A DNA stretch of 64,000 nt from an uncultured Carboxylicivirga sp. (GCA_963668385.1 OY764327.1:5648724-5712723); one strand, 5' to 3'. Numbered from the stretch's first letter, positions 20,420 to 30,338 are shown. The notes: generated by a model not told the origin, from the letters alone. Made by a program: numbers and translations.

Positions 20420-21236
20420 AATGATAAGTTTGCAAATGTAACATATTTAAGGGCCAAACCTCTTTCATATATTCTTTAATTACATCAATAAGATCATCCG
20501 ATTCCACTGGTGTATATTCTGGTGATTTCGTAAGAAATATGTAATCGTATTTTAGGTACGTTTCAAAATGAGGATACCATATATGTCTGAAAGGTATTCT
20601 TTTGAAATTTTCATCTGGATTTGTATATGCTAATTGCGATATACTTGCTCCAGTTTTAAACCTATTCTTGTTATACAATCTCAGTTGTATTGAATGTGGT
20701 AATTTTAATATTGGTTGACCATACATATCTTTTTTGAGTGGATATTTAGGTAGATTAAAATACATAAATCCCAAATCACTAAAATCGTTTTCCAACGAAA
20801 TAAAATTTAATGATCGTATTAAATCAGCGCATGCTAAAAAAATTAGATAATTACTTATTTTCACCTCACTCTCTTTAGGAAATAATCTTAATGGCTTTGG
20901 CCGATGAAGTAAATCTTTAAAAATGTAATTAAATCCTAGATCCCCATTGCCTGTATCTGAATGTGCATCGACATGATCTATTGAAAACTTAACCGGTTCT
21001 CCCATTCTTAAAGCTAAATCTCGAAGAAAAAAGAAAACCTCATTATGATCCTTAAATATCTTTCCTTTAATTTTATTCTTTGATGATAACTTACAGTTTT
21101 GTTCCAAGAATTTCCTAACCCTGCCCTCTTCCCATGGTGAATAGTCTTCACTAGACAATCTACCTTCTGAACAAAACAGCGCAATTCCATCTAGAAAGAA
21201 ATCCAAATCTATATCTAAAACATTAAGAATCTTCAC
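20379..21236 (-). CDS. UPF0489-family protein
   Basis: LDIDLDFF, DHNEVF and DHVDAHSD motifs; GTG start; overlaps hsdR start by 41 nt. Confidence 0.7.
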   Translation of the reverse strand: MKILNVLDIDLDFFLDGIALFCSEGRLSSEDYSPWEEGRVRKFLEQNCKLSSKNKIKGKIFKDHNEVFFFLRDLALRMGEPVKFSIDHVDAHSDTGNGDLGFNYIFKDLLHRPKPLRLFPKESEVKISNYLIFLACADLIRSLNFISLENDFSDLGFMYFNLPKYPLKKDMYGQPILKLPHSIQLRLYNKNRFKTGASISQLAYTNPDENFKRIPFRHIWYPHFETYLKYDYIFLTKSPEYTPVESDDLIDVIKEYMKEVWPLNMLHLQTYHYGKFRITNKERNN

Positions 21237-21238
21237 AA

Positions 21239-22147
21239 TTAACTTTCAAAATAATCTGAATCAATTTCTTTATACACAAAGGTCTCTTTAGGGGAGATAC
21301 CAATATTGTCCTCAATCATAAGCTCAGCCAAACGTTTCCCATCAATCAGAATTAATGTACGATCAATCTTTTCGGCAAATTCTTTAGCAGAAGAAGGAAA
21401 ATCTGAGGTTGTGATAAAAACACCTTTACGTGCGTTATGAGCGAGCATAGCTCCAGCAAAATCTCGCACTTCTTTAACGGGTACTGTATTGCTGTATCGT
21501 TTCGCCTGGATGTATATTTTATCCAACCCCAAACGATCTTCATTGATAATTCCGTCTATTCCACCATCGGCGGATTTTTTAGTTACTTGTGCAGCTTCAG
21601 AGCGGTTTCCTCCATAACCAATTGCCTGAAGTAAATCTAAAACTAGTACTTCAAATTTATATGGATCAACCTTTATGAGTTGGTCAGACAATTGTCCTAT
21701 CAGTAACCTATTAATCTGTTGGTAGGCTTTCTCAAATTTCTCCTTTGGTGTTTGGATGTCTGATTCAACAATCTGTTCATTACTTTCTTCACTCTCTTTG
21801 CCATTAGTACCCACAAACTCATTAAAGGAATCATATTGCCTAAGAAAAGCTGCATCAATCCTTGTTCGATTAGTTTTCAGAACTTCCAAACCGAGATTTG
21901 TTATTTGAACAAAACCACGTTTCTCTGATTGTAATAAACCCGCTTTCTTTAAGTAAGTATTAGCCCAACCAACACGATTATCAAACAAAGGTTGTTTACC
22001 ACTGGGCAATAATTCTCGTCTATCTTCCTCTGTAAGGTTAAACTCCTGGGCAAGCTTTTCTATTAATTCCCGAAACTTATGTGTTTGTTCATCTGCAACA
22101 CACGTTAATAGTGGTAACATGATGGATTGATAATCTGGTACTGGCAT
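21239..22147 (-). CDS. mrr: Mrr type IV restriction endonuclease
   Basis: MPVPDYQSIMLPLL N-terminus (likely start 22147), RVGWANTYL, DGGIDG...IQAKRY. Confidence 0.93.
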   Translation of the reverse strand: MPVPDYQSIMLPLLTCVADEQTHKFRELIEKLAQEFNLTEEDRRELLPSGKQPLFDNRVGWANTYLKKAGLLQSEKRGFVQITNLGLEVLKTNRTRIDAAFLRQYDSFNEFVGTNGKESEESNEQIVESDIQTPKEKFEKAYQQINRLLIGQLSDQLIKVDPYKFEVLVLDLLQAIGYGGNRSEAAQVTKKSADGGIDGIINEDRLGLDKIYIQAKRYSNTVPVKEVRDFAGAMLAHNARKGVFITTSDFPSSAKEFAEKIDRTLILIDGKRLAELMIEDNIGISPKETFVYKEIDSDYFES

Positions 22148-22270
22148 GTGTGAACAATTTAAGTTCTCTAAAATAGCACTTCTCCGGGATATTATGCTCA
22201 ATAAAGCTGCCTTAATTGCACACTAATGCTCTAAAACATCCTAAAATCATATACATTCAGAATGAAAAAA

Positions 22271-23248
22271 TTAAGCAGTAACACACAAATCAAATTTCTC
22301 TATCAATAAGCCCAGGTACTTATTTTTCTTTTTAAGCTTATTTATAAGAGCATTTGGACCTGCCAGATACTGTTCCTTTTTTATGGAGATAACCAAATCG
22401 GCAATATCATCACCTTCATTTAAATCAGTATTTTCCAAAACAGTATTTACACTAACATCAAAGCTAGCTCTTTCGGCTATCTTGCTCCACTTCTCAAATG
22501 CTTTTCCTTTATCAGGAAATAAAGTCACCTGGTAACCGTTGAGGGCATTTAGCTTTTGTAGATTGAGCATTTCAATAGAACCAACAGCGACCCAACTGTA
22601 TTGTGGATAATATAACGCTCCAAATATGGCATTCTTTTCTCCTTCAGCAATAGCCACTGGAGTTGTTTTACTGGTAAGTAAATGCGCTCCAAAGAATACT
22701 TGCTTTAAATTGAAGTCCTTTTGCTTAGTAATATGATGCACCCAATTGATGTATCCATTACGTTTTAATGTATGTACATTATATTGCATCACTTTACCAG
22801 TCCGCACTTGCCCCAATCGGTTGACTTGCCAGAAAATAGTTTTGTTTCCTTTAGCTGTACCAACGTAATACTTCTGTAATACCTCCCAAACCATACGTTG
22901 CGGGAAATATTTACTCAATCCTATAGCAAAGTTGTTGTGGTAATAATTGGTAAGGGAGGCTGTCAATAACTTTTTGTCAATACATGAAGGTGGTTTTACA
23001 ATTATTTTTGGTTTTGGGACTGTTGTATAAAAATCACTCGGTTCGTATCCATTTTCCTCAAAGTACATCTTAGGGGTAAAATGGTAACCACATTTTTCAA
23101 CCCGGTTACATCTTCCGGTATAATCAGATAAATGTTTATTGGTTTGATTATCGACATACCTGGTAAAAGTCCTCTGATGACATTTCGGACAATGATACCT
23201 GGTTGACCGTCCTTTGTATTTTTCCAATGAATAGCGAATATCTGACAT
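22271..23248 (-). CDS. Zn-finger + DUF6371/Toprim primase-like protein
   Basis: CPKC..C.R...C Zn module; Toprim EGEKNA, FPDKG, DIAD. Confidence 0.75.
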   Translation of the reverse strand: MSDIRYSLEKYKGRSTRYHCPKCHQRTFTRYVDNQTNKHLSDYTGRCNRVEKCGYHFTPKMYFEENGYEPSDFYTTVPKPKIIVKPPSCIDKKLLTASLTNYYHNNFAIGLSKYFPQRMVWEVLQKYYVGTAKGNKTIFWQVNRLGQVRTGKVMQYNVHTLKRNGYINWVHHITKQKDFNLKQVFFGAHLLTSKTTPVAIAEGEKNAIFGALYYPQYSWVAVGSIEMLNLQKLNALNGYQVTLFPDKGKAFEKWSKIAERASFDVSVNTVLENTDLNEGDDIADLVISIKKEQYLAGPNALINKLKKKNKYLGLLIEKFDLCVTA

Positions 23249-23269
23249 AAAAGAGACTTTTCTTGTTTT

Positions 23270-23745
23270 AGTGGAGTTAGTGGAGTAGTGGAGGATTATT
23301 GTTTTTCAAGCACTTACTACTCCACGCCACTCCACTCACTCCACAAGTTGATGATTAATTAATTGGCGCTTCGCCCAAACCCGACTTCATCTCTTTGCTC
23401 AAGCCGCAAGGGCTTTTCCTTTCTTCCTGCAGCCGAAGAAAGAAACAAAGAAGTCCGCCGACTGCACCACTCGCTTACCCACTATTTCCTTATTTTTTGA
23501 GACAGAAAGAACTCACTGCGGTCAAACAGCTTTCTATCTTATCAAAACATAAGAAAAGTGGGTCCCAAGCTGCGTTGCTAATGTCGGGTACTCAACTCGA
23601 AACACTAGCATTTTATAGTAACAACCTTTTATAGTGCAGGAGAATAAAGATCAATTTATTTCATACTCCACAGTTACTACACTCAAACTCCACACATAAA
23701 AACCTGTGAATCAATAAAACTCCACAACTACGCAAACTCTACAGT
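23270..23745. repeat. GTGGAG/CTCCAC short-repeat cluster, candidate replication origin
   Basis: 3x GTGGAG (23271-23293) facing 3x CTCCAC (23320-23345); further ACTCCAC copies at ~23665, 23687, 23719; lies between primase and DUF3987 genes. Confidence 0.5.
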
Positions 23746-23784
23746 ATTCCCTGTTTTCTCTGAGCCATTATTGCAGCAGTAAGA

Positions 23785-25158
23785 TTAATTGAGTACGTCA
23801 GTTTCGTACACGCCTTTCTGCTTTTTATGCGCCAGTTTGGTATTGCTCAGCAATTGATAAGCGTATGATTCTTTGGCGATATTGAGTTTGTTGGCCATTT
23901 CAATAAACTCTTTATTGGTGAATTCCCGTTTACCAATCTTCTTTAAAACCTGAAATACCTTACCTTCCTTTGAGTTGTCTTCATACACATTTAAAACCAT
24001 GTGATTTAGCTTTAATGCATTGGAAAAGAAGTAATCCTTAAGCATAATGGCTTTCTTCATTGAACTTTCGCTTATCTGCTTGATCGCCTGCCCTGCAAAA
24101 AAACTATTGGAGACTTCAAGAACCAGGGCAAACCGTAAAATATATCTATCCAACTTCGACAGGATTCCCGATATGGTAGCATCTTTATTGGATGGCTTTA
24201 CATGTTTGTTAACTTCTTCAATAAACAAGTCCTCTGCCTTTTCAGATAACGGTAACTCTATCGTATTAATGCTCTCATAGACTTTATCCATCAATGCTTG
24301 CATCCTGGAATGAAATTTTTCAACCAGATAATTATCCGGATTCTTTCTTCCAATTAATTTCTTCTCCATTTTTAACGGAATGGCAAAAAGAATTCGTTCA
24401 AAGAAACCGTCCTTTATATCCTTGGCCTTAAAGGATGCAATCACATCATCCTGAATACTTCCTATAATTGATACGCAAGGCATACTCAATGAAGAGCTTT
24501 CAACTTCTTTACGATCCAAAGAAATAGGCGCACCATCCCATATTGATAAAAACTGACTTTGCTTTGAGGTTCCGCTATAACCAATCAGATTCAATATAAA
24601 ACTCTTAAACTCATCGGGCATCAATATCATACCATTGGGGTTTTGCTTATGCATATTTATCAGGGCCTCAAATGTTGGATCTGTCGAATACAGCTTTTTC
24701 TTAGTCGGTTTCTTTTCTCCTAAATCAGGATCATAATTGGCGATGGCTGCTTCATATTCCTGATCGTATTGCTTTTGCTGGTTTTTGATAGCTTTAAAAG
24801 CTGTTTTTAAGGGAGCACTTTTATTCTGTCCTGACTTGCCAACCAATACCACCCACATGGATGGATTTTCTATCCATTCAATATGTTTACGTAAATGATA
24901 CGAATTACCAATGATTCCGGCTAGAGCTGTAAAAACACTTACAGCTGTATAATCGATGTTATAATTTCCATTGTCATACAATTCAATAATGGTATCCTGA
25001 ATAAACTTTGGAAATATACTTAATGGAAATTCAGATTCCTCAGCTGTTTTCAATCTTAAATTGGCTTCTTGAAGTGACATCTTACCAAATGTAAGATGCG
25101 ACCGCCCCAATTCTGTTGTTTCTTTTTCAATTGATTCCATACGCAAAGGATTATCCAT
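23785..25158 (-). CDS. DUF3987/YfjI-family P-loop protein
   Basis: VLVGKSGQNKS, DPTFEAL, DEFKSF, DGFFERILF; likely ATG at 25158 overlapping the upstream HTH stop. Confidence 0.8.
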   Translation of the reverse strand: MDNPLRMESIEKETTELGRSHLTFGKMSLQEANLRLKTAEESEFPLSIFPKFIQDTIIELYDNGNYNIDYTAVSVFTALAGIIGNSYHLRKHIEWIENPSMWVVLVGKSGQNKSAPLKTAFKAIKNQQKQYDQEYEAAIANYDPDLGEKKPTKKKLYSTDPTFEALINMHKQNPNGMILMPDEFKSFILNLIGYSGTSKQSQFLSIWDGAPISLDRKEVESSSLSMPCVSIIGSIQDDVIASFKAKDIKDGFFERILFAIPLKMEKKLIGRKNPDNYLVEKFHSRMQALMDKVYESINTIELPLSEKAEDLFIEEVNKHVKPSNKDATISGILSKLDRYILRFALVLEVSNSFFAGQAIKQISESSMKKAIMLKDYFFSNALKLNHMVLNVYEDNSKEGKVFQVLKKIGKREFTNKEFIEMANKLNIAKESYAYQLLSNTKLAHKKQKGVYETDVLN

Positions 25159-25432
25159 TAATACTTTCCAGATAAGCTTCAATTTCTGAAGCCTTATAGT
25201 AGATTTTGCGTCCGGTTTTCTTAAAGGCAATAACCTTATTGTCACGCATGGTTTGCAAAGTCCGTCTACTCACATTTAAGAGTTTGCATACTTCTTCGGT
25301 AACGTACCACCTATCTTTAAAACCATCATTCTTTGCAACACTGATACTATCAATCTTATCATTAATATGGTCGATCTTGCCCATTAACTTATTGAAGAGA
25401 TGCTCATCTACAATTACAACTGTCTTGCTCAT
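25151..25432 (-). CDS. Excisionase-like HTH protein
   Basis: WYVTEEVCKLLNVSRRTLQTMRD...GRKIYYKASEI. Confidence 0.88.
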   Translation of the reverse strand: MSKTVVIVDEHLFNKLMGKIDHINDKIDSISVAKNDGFKDRWYVTEEVCKLLNVSRRTLQTMRDNKVIAFKKTGRKIYYKASEIEAYLESING

Positions 25433-25800
25433 TTTTATACGATTTAAATGTGTTATTAAAATTTATTTCGTCAAACCTAAGCAATACGGTACACTCACTT
25501 TCTCGTAAAAGATAGTAACGGAGTGTAATGGAATAAAAAGAATAGTAAAAGAACGTATCGTAACGTATTTTATCGTTTTAGCGGTTTTTAATTGAGCGCA
25601 AATAAATAATACTGAATACAGACTACATTACTTTTCGCTTCCAATTCTTGACATTTTTCTTTTTACTACTATTTGTTACTATCTAAAAATCAAGCGATTT
25701 TACTTTTATTACTATTTATTACCATGTTCTACAATTCTTTTGAAATTGCATTCTATTTCTCTATAATTGAATCATAAAAATGCAAAAATGACTCACTAAA

Positions 25801-26037
25801 ATGATATTTAGAAGAACGATATTGAAACAAGATTTGGCCATTAAATTATATCCACAAAGCTCAAATATTAATGCAGCGATGCAGCTGCTCAGGAAAGAAA
25901 TAAAACTATCACCGGAATTGAATAACAGACTTGAATTACTGACAAGAAATAAACGGGCTCATTATTATACACACAAAGAGTTGGAGGTTATTCTGGAACA
26001 TTTTTGTATCAGTCAGGAAGAATTTGAGTTACTATAA
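25801..26037 (+). CDS. DUF4248-like small DNA-binding protein, copy 1
   Basis: KQDLAIKLYP...AMQLLRKEI...ELEVILEHF. Confidence 0.7.
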   Translation: MIFRRTILKQDLAIKLYPQSSNINAAMQLLRKEIKLSPELNNRLELLTRNKRAHYYTHKELEVILEHFCISQEEFELL

Positions 26038-26564
26038 GGACTTCTTTGGGGAAATAATGGTAAAACATACTGAAAAACTTGCGAAAACAGGCTAAAAAGA
26101 ACTATCTATAACAATAAATAGATAGCTTTTGAGCTCTTTTTCATGCTTCTGAGCACTTTCAGAGTATTTACAGACCATATCAAGAGTATATTGCGCTTGC
26201 TTTTATGAGCTTTGCCCATTTTGAAGAGTATATTCAGCGTGCTTTTTGAATGCTTTCATTATTTACGAGAGTACTATCTGCGAGCTTTGCGGAATTTCAT
26301 TAGTTCCTTTCAAAAATCACCACTCATATGAAGGTAATAATTAAAGTACCATTATAAAAAACACTTGTTTATGAAGAGTATATTTTCAGTGCTTTCATGA
26401 TAATTTATAGAGTAAGTGGAGTCAAAAACTAAAAAAAGTGCTACTTGTCTTGATGTGGCTTAGTTCTGTCGCGAATTGGTATGGTCATAAACAATTCATT
26501 TTGAGTTTTATAATATAATTTTACAACCATCAAAATGAAGTAGAATAATATTAAGCGCAATACA

Positions 26565-26801
26565 ATGATATTACCTCGAACTATATTAAAACAAGATTTA
26601 GCCATTAAACTATACCCTCAAAGTTCAAATACAACTTCCGCCATGCAATTACTGCGTAAGGAAATTAAACTATCACATGAATTAAGCTGTAAGCTAGATA
26701 AGCTAGCTCGTAATAAACGTGCCCATTATTTTACCCACAAAGAACTGGAGCTTATCCTGGAACATTTTTGTATTGGTCAGGAAGAGTTTGAGGGGCTTTA
26801 A
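26565..26801 (+). CDS. DUF4248-like small DNA-binding protein, copy 2
   Basis: 62/78 aa identical to copy 1 (counted by hand). Confidence 0.7.
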   Translation: MILPRTILKQDLAIKLYPQSSNTTSAMQLLRKEIKLSHELSCKLDKLARNKRAHYFTHKELELILEHFCIGQEEFEGL

Positions 26802-26830
26802 GACCGGTTTGCAGATCTGCTATGGTAATT

Positions 26831-27580
26831 TTAATTTACTTCTATAATTAGTTCCTTTTCATAACCATTATATTTCTCATCACTATATCCATGTGGATTA
26901 CAGATAACTTCCGTTTCATTAATCTTATATCTCACAGGTATATGCACATGACCGTGAAGCCAATATTGAGGCTTTTGCTCAATAATAAAATCCTCTAAAT
27001 TGGAAGCATATGCAGAAGATACGGGATCTTCCTTATATTGATCTGGCACTGACTTTATGCTGGGAGCATGGTGCGTTACAACAATATTTGTAACGGTTTT
27101 AGATTCTATTAAGCTTTTTTTAAGCCATGATATGGATTGATTATGAAGATTAAAAGTATCTATGGTTCTTAGGCGTGAATATGAAGGATCTCTTCTTATT
27201 TTCTTATAATCATTCATCTTCTCCTGACAAATGATTCCATATTTAATTGGATTACCAAATATTGAAAAATCAGTCCAAAGGGTAGCTCCATGAAATGTTA
27301 TACCATCAATCTCTATCGATTCGTTTTCTAACACATGAATATTTGTTCCTTTTGCAAATTCTTTAATCTTTAGCAATGTTTTAGGATAACATCCCTTGTA
27401 GTATTCATGATTACCCAATACATATATAACTGGCTTATTGGATATTTCTTTCACCATCCAACTTATTCCTTTTACACCAAGATTGATATCACCTGCAAAC
27501 ACAACAATGTCAGCATTGTCAAAACTAAATTGATTAAATCCAAACTCTTGATGTATATCGCTAATGATCTGTATTTTCAT
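26831..27580 (-). CDS. Calcineurin-like metallophosphoesterase
   Basis: SDIH, AGD, GNHE, THH and HGHVH motifs. Confidence 0.92.
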   Translation of the reverse strand: MKIQIISDIHQEFGFNQFSFDNADIVVFAGDINLGVKGISWMVKEISNKPVIYVLGNHEYYKGCYPKTLLKIKEFAKGTNIHVLENESIEIDGITFHGATLWTDFSIFGNPIKYGIICQEKMNDYKKIRRDPSYSRLRTIDTFNLHNQSISWLKKSLIESKTVTNIVVTHHAPSIKSVPDQYKEDPVSSAYASNLEDFIIEQKPQYWLHGHVHIPVRYKINETEVICNPHGYSDEKYNGYEKELIIEVN

Positions 27581-27966
27581 CCGTTAAGTATATCTTCATT
27601 TGTCAGATGGAACTCTCTATGAATTTTAATTATTCTAATGTATACAATTTAGAATATTAAAATTCATGTTCGCTTCATTCTATAATTGCATTGACAATAC
27701 CCGTTCGGGTATAATTCATGGCCGTACTAGCCTATTTATACCTGATAGGGTATAAACAATTCATCTCATATACATGATACATTTAAGGAGATTGCGTAAT
27801 AACCAGAACAAACCAATTCTGTAGCATTTTTAGTATTTAGCGATGTGGAAGTTTTTGCATATGTAACATCTCTTGCTTCATTTTCACAGATACACAATGT
27901 TCACGTAACATGAACAAATTAAATATGTGAACAACTATGAAAATTCATATAGTTTTTAACTGAATG

Positions 27967-28104
27967 CTATAAGAAACTAATTCCTTTTTTTATTATCTGA
28001 TCAAGTTCCTGGTTTAAACTATTAATATGAAATTCAGCCCATAAAGGTAAATGGTCACTTATTTGCTTTTTACCACCTTTGGGACCTGTTATAATTGTTG
28101 CCAT
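27967..28104 (-). pseudogene. 45-codon remnant of an EEP (exonuclease-endonuclease-phosphatase) gene
   Basis: Hand translation MATIITGPKGGKKQISDHLPLWAEFHINSLNQELDQIIKKGISFL contains the EEP C-terminal SDHxP motif. Confidence 0.5.
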
Positions 28105-28132
28105 TTTATCAATTCTTTTAATAAAGTTTTAA

Positions 28133-29059
28133 CTACTTAAAATCCAAAACTTCTTTCAAGTGCGTTACCATCTGCGCATGCTTTTTTGCATTTACTTTTT
28201 TAAGTTTGTTAATATTTAGCAACTTCCACTGAATGGCAGGTAAATCTTTTAATACTGGTATGGGGAATAGTTCCCAGTCCGGTTCTCCACTTTCGAAACT
28301 CAATAAGAATCGCTTATCATTATCAGTAAGGCGTTCTCCAATAGTTTTAATTAATAGTGCTCGCGTTAATTCATAATCGTCATATGAAAATTCAACAGTT
28401 GTCATTCCGGCAAACTGATTCTCAAAAGCAGATTCCTGGTCTTTTAATATTGGAGAAAGCAATTCACTAATTGGTTTGTAATGGCTGATTAAGCCAATTT
28501 TGAATCCTTCCCAAATTTCATCAGTGAAGCCTTCGTTTTCAAGTAGTAGCTTTACATCAAATACATCACGAGGATGTTGTCTGTCTATGGCAGCACAGAT
28601 TTTACCTCCATATAATTCAGCCATAGAGACTACATTGATGGCTGCAAACTTGTCAAATTCATCCTGAACAGAATCAACCACCTGCATTAATTCGGTAGGG
28701 AAGACATTACCTCTGGTAATTGTATTCACTTCTATTTTGATTTGAGCGCCTTGACCTTGACAATTCAATTTAACGTCAGTTCCACCATTTAATGGAACGG
28801 TGTTGATTCTAATGCCCGGTATATTTTTTTCTATATCTGCCTTGATTCTTCCTAAACCTTCCTGAATATTATTAAGAGCTTCTGTTCTGGAATCGAGAGG
28901 CAAATAAGTCAGGTCAATATCAACTGACAAACGAAGCATTTCCCTAATAAAAAGGTTAATAGCCGTACCTCCTTTTAAGGCAAATATTTCTTCTTTTGCT
29001 ACATATGGTAGAACCTGTAGTAATAAATCCACTTGTGCTCTATATGCTGGTGAAATCAT
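28133..29059 (-). CDS. abiEii: AbiEii nucleotidyltransferase toxin (type IV TA)
   Basis: LKGGTAINLF..RLSVDIDL, GGKICAAIDRQHPRDVFD. Confidence 0.93.
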   Translation of the reverse strand: MISPAYRAQVDLLLQVLPYVAKEEIFALKGGTAINLFIREMLRLSVDIDLTYLPLDSRTEALNNIQEGLGRIKADIEKNIPGIRINTVPLNGGTDVKLNCQGQGAQIKIEVNTITRGNVFPTELMQVVDSVQDEFDKFAAINVVSMAELYGGKICAAIDRQHPRDVFDVKLLLENEGFTDEIWEGFKIGLISHYKPISELLSPILKDQESAFENQFAGMTTVEFSYDDYELTRALLIKTIGERLTDNDKRFLLSFESGEPDWELFPIPVLKDLPAIQWKLLNINKLKKVNAKKHAQMVTHLKEVLDFK

Positions 29060-29832
29060 AACTCTGCTAATTCTTTGGGTATTGTTATCTTATACTTTGA
29101 GCTGTATGCTCCACTTTCTGTTATCATCCGGTCTCCGCTACCTAAATCTATCTTATCTGTTTTCAGGAATTGAAACCACTGATGATTTGCCTTTTCTGCC
29201 ATATAAAGAAATAGACGTTTTACTTTCACTGAGTTGCAAGCTGATAGAAGCTCGCTCACCAATCTAGGCTTTAAGTTGACCAATCCTTCTAAAACCTGAT
29301 AGCATTCAACAAGGTCTGAATGTTGCGGAGCTAAAAACAGGCATTCCAATATGGCACGTTCGGGTGTTGATACATTAACTTTTGTATCTTTTATCTCCAT
29401 TTCCTTGATGCCAGTTTTTTCAGGAAGAAATGAAGTGGGTTTCTGAAATAACTCTACATTCCAATTGTAATTTATAAACCAATTTGGCATTCTGGTTTGC
29501 AAGGGTGAGAATAGGTATATCGTTTCCTTGCTTAACCTGAAATAATGGCTGAATCCATGTAAGGTTAATGCAGTTAAAGCGCCTACATGCACCTTAATGT
29601 TTAATTGATTTTGCATTGCATTCACACCTGCTTGCCATTCCAAGCTATCTCCGGGCTTTTTATATGCACCTCTTCCTAAAGGTTCTATCCATCCGCTGTC
29701 CTGATAGTACCTGCGTAGATGTCTGGATACACCATTGTTGTCCAATACTGCTGCTGTTATCACATTATTGGCCTGCAATAGATTAAAAAGCTTCTTTAAT
29801 TTTGTGTCATTATGCGTAGCCATACTACTCAA
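29056..29832 (-). CDS. abiEi: AbiEi antitoxin / transcriptional regulator
   Basis: N-terminal wHTH with GWIEPLGRGAY; STPERAILE, KVKRLFLYMA; ATGA overlap with abiEii. Confidence 0.9.
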   Translation of the reverse strand: MSSMATHNDTKLKKLFNLLQANNVITAAVLDNNGVSRHLRRYYQDSGWIEPLGRGAYKKPGDSLEWQAGVNAMQNQLNIKVHVGALTALTLHGFSHYFRLSKETIYLFSPLQTRMPNWFINYNWNVELFQKPTSFLPEKTGIKEMEIKDTKVNVSTPERAILECLFLAPQHSDLVECYQVLEGLVNLKPRLVSELLSACNSVKVKRLFLYMAEKANHQWFQFLKTDKIDLGSGDRMITESGAYSSKYKITIPKELAEL

Positions 29833-29870
29833 TTTTCAACAAAAATAAAGAATTGATTTAATAAAAGAAC

Positions 29871-29941
29871 TAAATAACTTTAAAAATATTACTTAACGAG
29901 TAGTTAAACTACGCAAAATTTCATATTTATAAAGTTATTTA
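29871..29941. promoter_or_regulatory. Inverted repeat upstream of abiE, candidate AbiEi operator
   Basis: TAAATAACTTTAAAAATAT (29871-29889) vs ATATTTATAAAGTTATTTA (29923-29941), 18/19 complementary; TAnnTTTG box at 29840-29847 on the minus strand. Confidence 0.5.
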
Positions 29942-30323
29942 TATTCTTTTCGTTGTCAAAAGCAATTAACCAATCAACAAAACCAAATGCTTATTATCAA
30001 TATGGCTTCTGTAATCGAAATCTTTCTTAAAACAAAATCTAATGATTCTTTACGTTGCTAAAAGGTTATTAAAATAAAGGCTTTAACCCTTATTGAGAGT
30101 ATTAATAATTTTTTACTTACGATACAAAGTCGACTTTCACAAAAAACTGGACAAAAATCCATTTTTAGGTTCGGTTCCTTTTTGCTATTTTTGGAAGGAA
30201 ATGAGTTCATTAAAACGCATTTAAAACGGGCATTTTTCACCCAGTTTTGGTGGACTTACAGTGGACTTTAAAAGTTGAATTCGTAAAACATTGAGAATTG
30301 GGCACTTAAAACAAATTTTCAGT

Positions 30324-30338
30324 TCCCTCTCTCTCCGC
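30324..30338 (+). other. attR-like duplicate of a tRNA-Ser 3' end
   Basis: TCCCTCTCTCTCCGC matches the T-arm/acceptor 3' end typical of tRNA-Ser; the upstream sequence cannot form a tRNA. Confidence 0.6.

Larger units (their letters stand above)
1..30338. mobile_element. Integrative defence island (left boundary outside window)
   Basis: Integrase and two xis-like HTH genes, primase/DUF3987 module, dense RM/TA/NLR-like cargo; ends at a tRNA-3'-end-like sequence at 30324-30338. Confidence 0.75.

Noticed and set aside
23395-23634. 79-aa ORF (LSSCSRRK)
   Set aside because: TTG start, derived from the dispersed hairpin module; no coding signature.
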